A stretch of DNA of 64,000 bases from an uncultured Prevotella sp. GTDB taxonomy: Bacteria; Bacteroidota; Bacteroidia; Bacteroidales; Bacteroidaceae. This document shows, in pieces, positions 1-9,025 of this stretch. The position numbers and the translations under genes are program-made. The stretch's first letter is position 1; each line of letters begins with the position of its first letter. The stretch spans positions 2,356 through 66,355 of the forward strand of contig CAMNII010000005.1 in the NCBI GenBank assembly GCA_946540435.1, read 5' to 3'. A model generated the notes under the pieces. The model made no database searches, was not told the origin of the DNA, and saw nothing but the letters and a program-made list of their open reading frames with translations.

Positions 1-753
1 TTTGAGCGTACAAACGTCGTGCAGAGCAAGAAATTCTCCGACCTGCTGAATATGGCCCTCTCCAACTACCTGAAGGGAATGCTGACCAATGAGGAGGTCA
101 TTGAGGAACTGCTGAAGATGGCTGAGGAAATCAAGCGGAACGAGGAAGAAAGCAACAAACTGGGGCTTACCGTTGAAGAAAAAGCCTTCTACGATGCACT
201 GTCATCACCAGAGGGCATCCGCGAGGCTTACACCGACGAGCAGTTTGTGGCTCTCACCCGAGAACTGACAGAGCAGCTTCGCCGAAACCGCACCATCGAC
301 TGGAACCGCAAGGAATCGGCCCGTGCCAAGATGCGTGTATTGGTAAAACGACTTTTGAAGAAATACAAGTACCCTCCCGAAGGACAGGAAAAGGCTCTTG
401 AAACGGTGATGGCCCAGTGCAACAAGTGGGCTGACGACGATGACAATGTCATAGAGCGCAAGTTGGCCAACATCGAGGACGACCGCGACGTGCGCAATCT
501 TGTGTATAATCGTCTCATCATGAATGCAGATACTTCTGATTACGAACTACAGCGTGAAGTGATGGAAGTATATGGCGAGCGTTACCCCGATATGCGCATC
601 ATCGACTGGCAACACGTCATTGCTGATTACACAGCTTTAGTGCGCGATGCTGCCAAACGACCGTCTGCGAATGTTGTTGAAATGCAACAGCGGCAATATG
701 GCAAGGCGGCAGAAGATGAAGGTAAATACGAACCTAAATCTGATAAAGAATGA
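1..753 (+). CDS. hsdR: Type I restriction enzyme R subunit, C-terminal part (DUF3387-like); 5'-truncated by window edge
   Basis: Frame is open from base 1. Motifs LGLTVEEKAFYDAL, TIDWNRKESARAKMRVLVKRLLKKYKYPP are typical of the HsdR C-terminal domain. Confidence 0.85.
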   Translation, partial: FERTNVVQSKKFSDLLNMALSNYLKGMLTNEEVIEELLKMAEEIKRNEEESNKLGLTVEEKAFYDALSSPEGIREAYTDEQFVALTRELTEQLRRNRTIDWNRKESARAKMRVLVKRLLKKYKYPPEGQEKALETVMAQCNKWADDDDNVIERKLANIEDDRDVRNLVYNRLIMNADTSDYELQREVMEVYGERYPDMRIIDWQHVIADYTALVRDAAKRPSANVVEMQQRQYGKAAEDEGKYEPKSDKE

Positions 754-778
754 CATGAATCGATTAGTTACCTACCTA

Positions 779-1195
779 GAGAGAAAGTACCTTTACACCA
801 AATTCGTCAGAATGATTTAAGAACATCGAAAGGCACGAAAGGAACGAAAGGGATGGGGATGCGCTCCGCACAGAACCGACGAACGGACCGACGCATGAGC
901 GAGAGGAGAACCATGCTCGCATGAGTTATCCCGAGCGAAAAGGAGGAAGATGAAATCAAGCAAGCGCAGAGCCAAACTCGTTTGAGCTTTGCCATGCAAG
1001 GAGGAGGAAGACGAAGTCAAATCTTTTAAAAATCTATGCTGATGCCAAGGGCATCATAAATAATTCGTGTTTTTCGATGTTTCCTGATTATTTGATGTTT
1101 TTTTTGAACATCGAAAGGAACGAAAAAAACGAAAGGGATGTGCGCAGCGCATCCATGTTTCCGTCCTATTAGTCCTAAAAGTCCGTAGAAAAAAA
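779..1195. repeat. Mosaic hairpin-module repeat array, copy 1
   Basis: 779-840 is identical (reverse complement) to 35411-35472 and 36056-36117. 958-1024 matches 29756-29823 and 35943-36010 (rc). 1028-1154 matches 30118-30256 and, in part, 35508-35619 (rc). Confidence 0.9.
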
Positions 1196-1198
1196 GGT

Positions 1199-1329
1199 GT
1201 CTGGTAAAAGCGTTTTACCTTCTTTGGTAATCCCAGGGTTTCCGTCTCCCGCGAAACAGGGGGAACGAAGCGGAGGTAAAGACCATTGAGCACCCTGGAT
1301 TGAGGAAGTAGGGTTGCTTTTTACCAGAC
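1199..1329. mobile_element. ~131-bp MITE-like element with terminal inverted repeats GTCTGGTAAAA(A)GC...GCTTTTTACCAGAC
   Basis: TIRs are visible, with a nested CCCAGGG/CCCTGG inverted repeat. A near-identical inverted copy lies at 35052-35183. No coding capacity. Confidence 0.6.
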
Positions 1330-1335
1330 CCCATC

Positions 1336-1445
1336 GTATTCCCTTAGGGATCACACTGTATTCTCTTAGGGATTACACTGTATTCTCTTAGGGATTACAC
1401 TGCATTCTCTTAGGGAATACATCGTATTCTCTTAGGGAATACATC
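1336..1445. repeat. 5 x 22-bp tandem repeat of a palindromic unit (GTATTCYCTTAGGGAWTACA..)
   Basis: Units start at 1336, 1358, 1380, 1402, 1424. The paralogous inverted array at 34961-35048 has 4 units. Confidence 0.95.
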
Positions 1446-1540
1446 GTTTTCCGCGTCTGCGGGGAAGTGGGAACATCGTTTTCTGTCTCAGCGAAAGAGT
1501 GAGAACACACACCTGCTACTTTGCAAACGTGGTGTAGACG

Positions 1541-2035
1541 TCAGGCGTCAGCGAAGGTCATGCCGTTGTCGAGGGTGACGTGGAGCGGGGTGTACTCGCT
1601 ATGGAAATCATGCTGCAGGCGGTGTAGGTAGCGGGCACTCTCCCATTTGCACATGGGCAGGTCGTGGAGCAGGTAGTTGCCGCAGGTCTCCGGGGTGGTG
1701 GCAGGCACGGCAGTCTGGGTGAGTATCCACTTCAGGCAGTCGATGGTGAGTTGCCGCATGTCGTCGACGGTATATGCTCCGGTCATGATGATATACATGC
1801 CGGTGAGACATCCCATGGGTCCTACGTAGACGACGTCGGCTTTGGCCTGGCTGTTACGGAACCAAGTTGCCATGAGGTGTTCCATGCTGTGCATGGCAGC
1901 CGGTGCCATGGCGGGTTCGCGGTTGGGTTCGGTGATACGCAGGTCGAAGGTAGTGAATCCATTGTCTTGGCGCGACACGTAGATGCCGGGCTTCAGGCGG
2001 GTGTGGTCGATAGTGAAACTCTGTATGACTTCCAT
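1541..2035 (-). CDS. luxS: S-ribosylhomocysteine lyase (AI-2 synthase)
   Basis: SFTIDH N-terminus, HSMEH (HxxEH), GPMGCLTGMY and CGNY motifs. Start at MEVIQSF. Confidence 0.95.
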   Translation of the reverse strand: MEVIQSFTIDHTRLKPGIYVSRQDNGFTTFDLRITEPNREPAMAPAAMHSMEHLMATWFRNSQAKADVVYVGPMGCLTGMYIIMTGAYTVDDMRQLTIDCLKWILTQTAVPATTPETCGNYLLHDLPMCKWESARYLHRLQHDFHSEYTPLHVTLDNGMTFADA

Positions 2036-2163
2036 AACGGGGTTCTTCTTTAATGTTGCTATTGTTATTTTGGGGTACAAAGTTACTTCTTTCTGATTAT
2101 TTCTCCAAATATGTGGTGAGGAATTTGTTTGGATTGTTGCAGGAAAATGTGTACTTTTGCAGC

Positions 2164-2937
2164 ATGAAACGGATTGTATTGTTATTCTTTGCTGCCATCA
2201 TGCCGGCGATAGCCGCGATGGCTCAGCCGTATCGGTTCTCAGCAAGGCTGTCGACGTATAACATCCGGCATGGCGAGGGTCTGGACGGCCGTATCGACCA
2301 CGAGCGTATCGGCCGTATCCTCCGGAAGGCACATGCGGAGGTGGCTGCCATCCAGGAGGTGGACAGCATGACGCGCCGCAACGGCGGGGTGTATGATCTT
2401 GCAGAGATTGGCCGTGCTGCCGGCATGCATGCCACGTTTGCGGCGGCGATAGACTTCCAGGGTGGCAAATACGGTGTCGGCATCCTCAGCCGCGAGGTAC
2501 CGCTGAGTGTGCGCCGCATCGCCCTGCCAGGTCGCGAGGAGCCCCGAATGCTGCTGGTGGCGGAGTTCAAGGACTATGTGGTGGCGTGCACGCACCTGTC
2601 GCTTCATGAGGAGGACCGTCTGTCGAGCATCGGCATCCTTGTCGCCGAGGCTTGCCGTTGGCACAAGCCTTTCTTCGTCATGGGCGACATGAATGACGAG
2701 CCAGGGTCGGCTTTCTACGCACGGATGGCGGAGCATTTCCTGTTTGTCAACGACACGACGGAGATGACGTTTCCAGCCGGTGGGCCGACGGTGTGTATCG
2801 ACCATATCGCACTGTTCCGGGCGCCAGGCGTGGCGTTGTCGCGCTACCGCACATGGGTGGGTGACGACGAGGCGTCGGACCACTGTCCGCTGCACGGCAG
2901 GGTGAAGGTGGTGGTAGGAAACGGCCGTTTTTTTTGA
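2164..2937 (+). CDS. Endonuclease/exonuclease/phosphatase family protein, secreted
   Basis: Signal peptide; TYNI, IQEVD, GDMN, IDHI and SDH motifs. Confidence 0.9.
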   Translation: MKRIVLLFFAAIMPAIAAMAQPYRFSARLSTYNIRHGEGLDGRIDHERIGRILRKAHAEVAAIQEVDSMTRRNGGVYDLAEIGRAAGMHATFAAAIDFQGGKYGVGILSREVPLSVRRIALPGREEPRMLLVAEFKDYVVACTHLSLHEEDRLSSIGILVAEACRWHKPFFVMGDMNDEPGSAFYARMAEHFLFVNDTTEMTFPAGGPTVCIDHIALFRAPGVALSRYRTWVGDDEASDHCPLHGRVKVVVGNGRFF

Positions 2938-3025
2938 GTCAAGGAAGTATTTTTTCTCCTGACACACGGCTTATTCGGATTTTTTTGCCTAATTTTGCAC
3001 CCGCATAATGAAACATTAACAATCT

Positions 3026-4534
3026 ATGGCATACAGAACACTGACGGCCCTCGAAGCGGCCGAGATGATCAACGACGGCGACATGATGGCGCTGTCGGGA
3101 TTTACCCCTAACGCTAACCCTAAAGCTATCTTCCGCGAACTTTCCAAACGGGCCATCCGCCTGCACGAACAGGGCATTCCCTTCCAGGTCGGCGTGCTCA
3201 CCGGCGCCTCTTCCTGCCAGAGTGTGGAAGGCGACATGGCGGCAGCCAAGGCACTGAAGTTCCGTGCTCCGTTCTCTACGAACAAAGACTTCCGCGAACA
3301 TACCAACCTCGGCGAGGTGGACTATGAGGACATGCACCTCGGACATATGGCCGAACGGCTGCGCCGCGGCTTCTACGGCGAGGTAGACTGGGCCATCGTC
3401 GAGGTCAGCGACTACTGGGATACCGACGGAGAATGCCGCGTCAGCCTCACCTCGGCAGGCGGCATCGTGGCCACCATCGTCCGGCTGGCCAAGCGCATCA
3501 TCCTCGAGCATAACACCTTCCACAATCCCAACTCGCGATACCTCCACGACACATGGGAGCCGCGCGAGGTATGGGAGGACCGCGAGGTGATGGACATCCA
3601 TTCGCCCTACGACCGCATCGGACGCGACTATGTCGCCATAGACCCGAAGAAGATTGTCGGCGTCATCGAGAGCTGCATCCCCGAGGAGGCCCGTGCCTTC
3701 CGCGAGCCCGACGAGGAGATTATGAAGATAGGACACCACGTTGCCGACCTGCTGGCCAACGACATGAAGGTAGGGCGCATACCGAAATGCTTTCTGCCCA
3801 TACAGAGTGGTGTGGGTGCCACGGGCAACGCCGTTCTCAAAGCCCTGGGCACCAGTCCCCTTATCCCCGACTTCAACGTCTACTCGGAAGTCGTTCAGGA
3901 TGCCGCCATCAACTACATGCTCGAAGGACGCATCAAATACGCATCGGCAACGGCGATGACGGTGACCAACGAAGCACTGCTGCGCGTATACGACAACATG
4001 GACTTCTTCTCCAAGCACCTCACCATCCGACAGAGTGAGGTTGCCAACTCTCCCGAGGTCATCCGCCGCCTTGGCGTCATCGCCATCAACACTCCCCTCG
4101 AATGCGACCTCTACGGCAACGAGAACTCCAGCCACATCTGCGGGTCGGCACTGATGAACGGCATCGGCGGGTCGTGCGACTACGAGCGCAACGGATACAT
4201 CTCAATCTTCACCACACCGTCGACGGCGAAGGGCGGGAAGATATCTGCCATCGTGCCTATGTGCTGCCATGTCGACTCCACGGAACACGATGTCGACATC
4301 ATCGCTACCGAACAGGGCATCGCCGACCTCAGAGGCAAAGGTCCGTACCGGCGCGCCCTCGAAGTCATCGAGAACTGCGCCCATCCCGACTACAAGCCCC
4401 TGCTCCGCGACTACCTGCACAAGATTGCTCCTATGGGACACGAGCCTCAACACATGCGGGCGGCTCTCGCCTTCCACGACACCTTCCTCAGGAAGGGCGA
4501 CATGAGACTCACCGACTTTGGAGAATACGTGTAA
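3026..4534 (+). CDS. Acetyl-CoA hydrolase/transferase family (succinate CoA-transferase-like)
   Basis: SGFTP, TGAS, PIQSGVG, YSEVVQD, MNGIGGSCDY and ATEQGIADLRG motifs. Confidence 0.92.
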   Translation: MAYRTLTALEAAEMINDGDMMALSGFTPNANPKAIFRELSKRAIRLHEQGIPFQVGVLTGASSCQSVEGDMAAAKALKFRAPFSTNKDFREHTNLGEVDYEDMHLGHMAERLRRGFYGEVDWAIVEVSDYWDTDGECRVSLTSAGGIVATIVRLAKRIILEHNTFHNPNSRYLHDTWEPREVWEDREVMDIHSPYDRIGRDYVAIDPKKIVGVIESCIPEEARAFREPDEEIMKIGHHVADLLANDMKVGRIPKCFLPIQSGVGATGNAVLKALGTSPLIPDFNVYSEVVQDAAINYMLEGRIKYASATAMTVTNEALLRVYDNMDFFSKHLTIRQSEVANSPEVIRRLGVIAINTPLECDLYGNENSSHICGSALMNGIGGSCDYERNGYISIFTTPSTAKGGKISAIVPMCCHVDSTEHDVDIIATEQGIADLRGKGPYRRALEVIENCAHPDYKPLLRDYLHKIAPMGHEPQHMRAALAFHDTFLRKGDMRLTDFGEYV

Positions 4535-4722
4535 GAGTAATGAGTAATGAGTAATTAGTAATGAGAAATTATGATTACCAAGACCCCCTTGAGAATTCGC
4601 ACAACACTGAGTGATACATTAACTAACCACAGCCCAGCAGGGCTAATCATAATTACTCATTTCTCATTCCTCATTTCTAATTTCTCATTCCTCATTTCTA
4701 ATTTTTCACTTCTCATTTTTAA
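4535..4722. mobile_element. Heptamer-armed MITE-like element: (AATGAGT/AATTAGT)n ATGATTACC...GGGCTAATCAT (TTCTCAT)n
   Basis: Inverted heptamer arrays flank an ~80-bp core that is homologous (rc) to the core at ~40678-40768. Confidence 0.7.
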
Positions 4723-4734
4723 TTTAAAAAAAGT

Positions 4735-5931
4735 ATGCGACAAATCATCACACACCTCACCGACAACGATGCATATACCTTCAGTTGTCAGTACTACGTC
4801 CTGCAGACCTATCCCAGGGCAGAAGTGGAATACACCTTCTTCGACCGTAACCACACACGCTACCCGGAAGGATTTGCACAACTCCTCAAAGAGCAGGTCG
4901 ACGGCATGCGCAACGTCGTCATCACAGAAGAGGAAATCAGCTTCATGGAGCGGAAGATGTACTACCTGCCACTATGGTATTTCACCTTTCTCCGCGGCTA
5001 CCGCTTCAATCCCGACGAAGTAAGCATCAGCCAAGACAGCGAAGGATACCTCGACATCAGCGTGCGGGGGAAATGGTACTCCGCCATCATGTGGGAGATG
5101 CCCATCCTCTCCACCGTATCAGAACTGATGCACGAACTGCGCGGCGACCTGCAGCGCTACGACGGAACACTTGAGGAAGAGCGTGCTGCCGAGAAGACGC
5201 GGCAGATACTCAACGGAGGCCTCGTCCTTGGCGACATGGGCACACGGCGGCGCCTGTCCTTCGCCCATCAGGACATGGTCATCCGCACCATGAAAGCTGT
5301 CAGCGGCACGATGCCTGACGCGCCTGGGCGCTTCACGGGTACGTCAAACGTATGGCTCGCCATGCGCTACGACCTCACGCCTATCGGTACCATGAGCCAC
5401 CAGCTCATCTCCTTCGAGGAGAATGTCAGCGGCATCTTCGAATGCAACTACAGCGTGATGAAGAAGTTCAGCGACGTCTACGACGGCGACAACGGCATCT
5501 ACCTCTACGACTGCTTCGGCGACCGCGTCTTTTTCAGCAACCTCTCCAAGCGCATGGCCATGATGTTCAGCGGACTGCGCGTGGACAGCGGCAACGAAGA
5601 GGAGCAGACAGAGAAAATCATCGAGAAATACCAGTCGCTCGGCATCAACCCGCGAACCAAGCAGGTGGTCTATAGCAACGGACTCAACATCGAACGGGCC
5701 ATCGCCATACACCAGTATGTCAACGGACGCGTGCAGGACTCTTATGGTGTGGGCACATTCCTCACCTGCGACGTCACCGACTGCCAACCCATGAACATCG
5801 TTGTCAAGCTCACACGCGGACGCATCACCGAACGGCGCGAGTGGCACGACTGTGTAAAGCTGTCGTGCGACAAAGGCAAGACGCTCGGCAACCCTGAGAA
5901 ATGCGCCTACCTACTGAAGCAAATCGGATAG
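4735..5931 (+). CDS. pncB: Nicotinate phosphoribosyltransferase
   Basis: TDNDAY, DMGTRRR, GTSNV, GTMSH, GLRVDSG, GVGTFLT and VKLS motifs. Confidence 0.92.
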   Translation: MRQIITHLTDNDAYTFSCQYYVLQTYPRAEVEYTFFDRNHTRYPEGFAQLLKEQVDGMRNVVITEEEISFMERKMYYLPLWYFTFLRGYRFNPDEVSISQDSEGYLDISVRGKWYSAIMWEMPILSTVSELMHELRGDLQRYDGTLEEERAAEKTRQILNGGLVLGDMGTRRRLSFAHQDMVIRTMKAVSGTMPDAPGRFTGTSNVWLAMRYDLTPIGTMSHQLISFEENVSGIFECNYSVMKKFSDVYDGDNGIYLYDCFGDRVFFSNLSKRMAMMFSGLRVDSGNEEEQTEKIIEKYQSLGINPRTKQVVYSNGLNIERAIAIHQYVNGRVQDSYGVGTFLTCDVTDCQPMNIVVKLTRGRITERREWHDCVKLSCDKGKTLGNPEKCAYLLKQIG

Positions 5932-5968
5932 ACCCGCCAGCGTGTACGCTGACGGCATGTGCCACAAC

Positions 5969-6013
5969 AAACAAACCGGGGGTACGAGTTTGGCTCGTAC
6001 CCCCGGTTTGTTT
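5969..6013. terminator. Bidirectional intrinsic terminator between convergent pncB and cotH
   Basis: Perfect 20-bp stem AAACAAACCGGGGGTACGAG / CTCGTACCCCCGGTTTGTTT. Confidence 0.85.
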
Positions 6014-6126
6014 TTCTCTCGTATGCCACACCCCGAAGGGTCTCCCCTACCATGTTTGTAGGAGGGTATACGTTTTCTTCTTTTGGATGTAACGCTTATC
6101 CTGCGGGATAAGACCTGTCGCATGGC

Positions 6127-8991
6127 TCATCGGCCTTTTTCCCAAACCTTCATGGTGGTGCCGTCAGCCTGTCGGATGATGTTCAGTCCGGGTTGCAGCT
6201 GCTGCCGGCGTATGCCCTCGGGAGAGTAGACGGCCGGTGTTGTTGCCTCAGCAGCCACTGGGCGGCCGATGCCGTCGACGGGCGATGGCTCCACATCGGT
6301 CTTTTTCTTTGACAGGGCGAAGATGGTGGGTATGCTCTCTGCTGCCGACTCTATGGTGACGGAGCGTATGTTCTTATGTTCGTCGGCAGGTATGGGCGCG
6401 TCGTAGAGGGTGAATGCCATCCTGCTGTCGAGTGCGCGGTTGAAGTTGCTGCGGCGGGTGTCGATACGTCCCAGTCCGCTGAGTGCCTCTGTGCCGCTTG
6501 GGCTTTCTACGTACCAGTCGCTGAAATAGACGGGGTCAGACTGCTGGCTGGTGCCGTCCTCGTAGTTGATGGTGACGATGACGACCGATGTGCCGAGTGC
6601 ACTTGTTGCGAGCAGGCGCAGTTCCGGCGTGTTGAAGAGCTCTTCGGGTATGAGTTCACCTTTTGCTCCGCTGTTGGTGAGGTTTAGGGCGTTGTCGGCC
6701 TGATAGGGGCTGAAGGAATAGGTCACGCCACTTCCCTCGGCGGTGAAGGTGCGTTCGGCGGGCAGTCCGCCTTCCTGGTGTGCCTGTTGGGCATAGAAGG
6801 CATAGCTGCCGTCGAGTGTTCCACTGATGCTGTTGCTGATGCTCGTGGTCTCGGCGATGACATCGATGTTGAATCCCTCTTTGATACCGACGGGTTCATA
6901 GTCGTTCTGCTGGGGTATCTGCCGTGCGAAGGCGAAGATGGATGCCAGTGCGCTGTTGTTCAGCGTGAAGGTGACGGAGGCTATCTGTCGCTGTTCGTCG
7001 GCCGTCAGGTGGATGTCGTAGAGCGCGTCGTGGCATTGGTCGCCGTTGAAGGTGTCGTTGGTGATGTTGATGTTTCCGATGCCTGCCATGGCCTCAGCCC
7101 CTGTGGGGTTGCGCAGCGACCAGTCGGCGATGGTCACCAGCTGTGCGTTGGCTGTGGTGCCGTCGGCATAGTTGATGACGGCGGTGATGTCGGATACGCC
7201 GTTTCCTGACGTGGCGAGGATGTATAGGTCGCTGGTGTTGAAGGGTTGGAAGGTCACTGTTGCGCTCTGGCCCTGCTGGCGCAGTGCAAGGATGTTGTTG
7301 TCGGCATAGTCGGAGAGGTTATAGGTGACACCTTCGCCTGTCGACGTGACGGTGCGGTCGGCGGGCAGTCCGCCCTCTGCCTTGAGTGTTGCCGAGTAGA
7401 AGGCGCGGTTGCCGCCGTCGATGCCGTGTGTGGCATGGCTGGCAGCGGGCAGTTCTTCTACTACGACGTCGGCATTCCATCCGGATGCCACAGCCACGGG
7501 TTCTGTGTTTTTCGGAACGACGGGTTTGGGTTCGTCGGGTATCTCCATGGCTTCGATGGCCTGGTCCATGAATGCCAGCCTGTTGCGTATCCATTGCTTG
7601 AGGTAGCTGAGTTCCTCGTCGAAGGTCTTGCCGTTGTAGGGGTTGGGCCATACGGAGCGTCCGATGATCTGCCATGCTCTCTGGTTGCGGTCTACGGCTC
7701 CGCGTATGCGCAGCATGAGAGCCAGAGAGTCGACGGTCTGCATGATGCGCGTGTCGCTGTAGTTGGCTTCGCGGTATGCCTTCCACCGGTCTTTGAGTGC
7801 TTTGATGTAGTTTCCGTCGTTGAGCATGCGGTACCAGTAGAAGGGTATCTGTTCGCCGTCGCCAGTCTCCCGCTGGTTGAAGGTGTAGTGCCAGGAGTCG
7901 GTGCGTTGTCCGTTGTAGTAGTTGGCATTTCCCCATGCGATGTTGAAGTCCCAGAGCGACATCTTCCATCGCGGGTCGATGCCTTCGTTGCGTGCTCGGG
8001 CGTCGCTGTGTTTATAGAGGTTCGTCGACAGGCGGTAGCCGTCGATATTATTGGCGACTTCGTTGGAGAGCATGTAGTCGATGAACGATGTCATGTCGAT
8101 CTTGCTCTGGTAGCCCGTCTCGGGGTCTTGCCAGTGGTCGGTGAGGAAGGCGTCTTCCATCGCGTCGATTTCCGCGTGCAGTGCTTCCTTTGCTCCGGGG
8201 AAGGTCGCCCAGTCTTCGTTTTCCGGGTCTTTATACTGGTATTTGATGGTTTTTCCCCATGCCTCGTCGCCGTTGAGGTTGCTCCAGGGGCGGTGCTTCG
8301 ATGGGTAATAGGGGTCGTCGGAGCGGTCGATCTCTACGTGGTAGTCGCCGCTGAGGTCGCCCTCGTCGGCTCCGGGGTCGTGGAGGTCGAGGCGGCTCTT
8401 TCCTTTCGACACGCGTTCACCGAAGCCATATACGCCGTAGTAGGTGCCGTCGAGGAACACCTCACAGAGTTTCACTGTCGGCACGTAGTCCATCCACGGC
8501 CGTGCGAGTTCGAAGGAGAGGATGTCGCGGAACATCACCTTGTCGGCCCAAGGTGCGATGAACATCCATTTGTTGTCCTTTCCCATTCCGAGGATGCTCA
8601 CCTTCTGCTTCTCGCCGCCGTCGTCGGGCAGGAGGTCGGTTTTGAGGGTGCGTATCTGGAGGGGTTTCTTGTCAGAGTTGGAGAATGACGTATTGCCGCG
8701 GTATTTGATGGCGATGGGTCCTTCATAGTCGATGTGCTGTCCGGGGTGTGCTATGGTGTCGCCGTAGTTATACTGTCCCTGCCCGTTGTCGATGACCTTC
8801 ATGTGGCCGAGGATATATTGGTCTTTGAGGATCATCTGTCCCTCTACTTCGATGAAGATGATGGGCAGGTTGGTATCGGAGATTTTCACCGTGGCATCGC
8901 GCAGGGTGCTCCGGTAGTTGTCGTACGACTGTGCGTTCAGCCCAGAGAGGCAGAAGACGAACAGCAGGAGAGATATGACTGTTTTTTTCAT
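6127..8991 (-). CDS. CotH kinase family protein with two C-terminal beta modules and T9SS-type C-terminal tail
   Basis: TNLPII, KYRGNTS, CEVFLDGTYYGVY, NIDGY, WDFNIAWGN. Signal peptide MKKTVISLLL. Tail YSPEGIRRQQLQPGLNIIR. Confidence 0.85.
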   Translation of the reverse strand: MKKTVISLLLFVFCLSGLNAQSYDNYRSTLRDATVKISDTNLPIIFIEVEGQMILKDQYILGHMKVIDNGQGQYNYGDTIAHPGQHIDYEGPIAIKYRGNTSFSNSDKKPLQIRTLKTDLLPDDGGEKQKVSILGMGKDNKWMFIAPWADKVMFRDILSFELARPWMDYVPTVKLCEVFLDGTYYGVYGFGERVSKGKSRLDLHDPGADEGDLSGDYHVEIDRSDDPYYPSKHRPWSNLNGDEAWGKTIKYQYKDPENEDWATFPGAKEALHAEIDAMEDAFLTDHWQDPETGYQSKIDMTSFIDYMLSNEVANNIDGYRLSTNLYKHSDARARNEGIDPRWKMSLWDFNIAWGNANYYNGQRTDSWHYTFNQRETGDGEQIPFYWYRMLNDGNYIKALKDRWKAYREANYSDTRIMQTVDSLALMLRIRGAVDRNQRAWQIIGRSVWPNPYNGKTFDEELSYLKQWIRNRLAFMDQAIEAMEIPDEPKPVVPKNTEPVAVASGWNADVVVEELPAASHATHGIDGGNRAFYSATLKAEGGLPADRTVTSTGEGVTYNLSDYADNNILALRQQGQSATVTFQPFNTSDLYILATSGNGVSDITAVINYADGTTANAQLVTIADWSLRNPTGAEAMAGIGNINITNDTFNGDQCHDALYDIHLTADEQRQIASVTFTLNNSALASIFAFARQIPQQNDYEPVGIKEGFNIDVIAETTSISNSISGTLDGSYAFYAQQAHQEGGLPAERTFTAEGSGVTYSFSPYQADNALNLTNSGAKGELIPEELFNTPELRLLATSALGTSVVIVTINYEDGTSQQSDPVYFSDWYVESPSGTEALSGLGRIDTRRSNFNRALDSRMAFTLYDAPIPADEHKNIRSVTIESAAESIPTIFALSKKKTDVEPSPVDGIGRPVAAEATTPAVYSPEGIRRQQLQPGLNIIRQADGTTMKVWEKGR

Positions 8992-9025
8992 TTCTGGTGT
9001 ATGTGTCACGTGTATGCTATTGTGT

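Noticed and set aside
807-1293. Small ORFs within mosaic arrays (also 29454-29962, 35027-36375)
   Set aside because: Translations of repeat modules (FRSFRSFRC-type low complexity) without coding signals.
4571-5023. ORFs with FLISNFSFLIS-type sequence
   Set aside because: Translation of the heptamer arms, not proteins.
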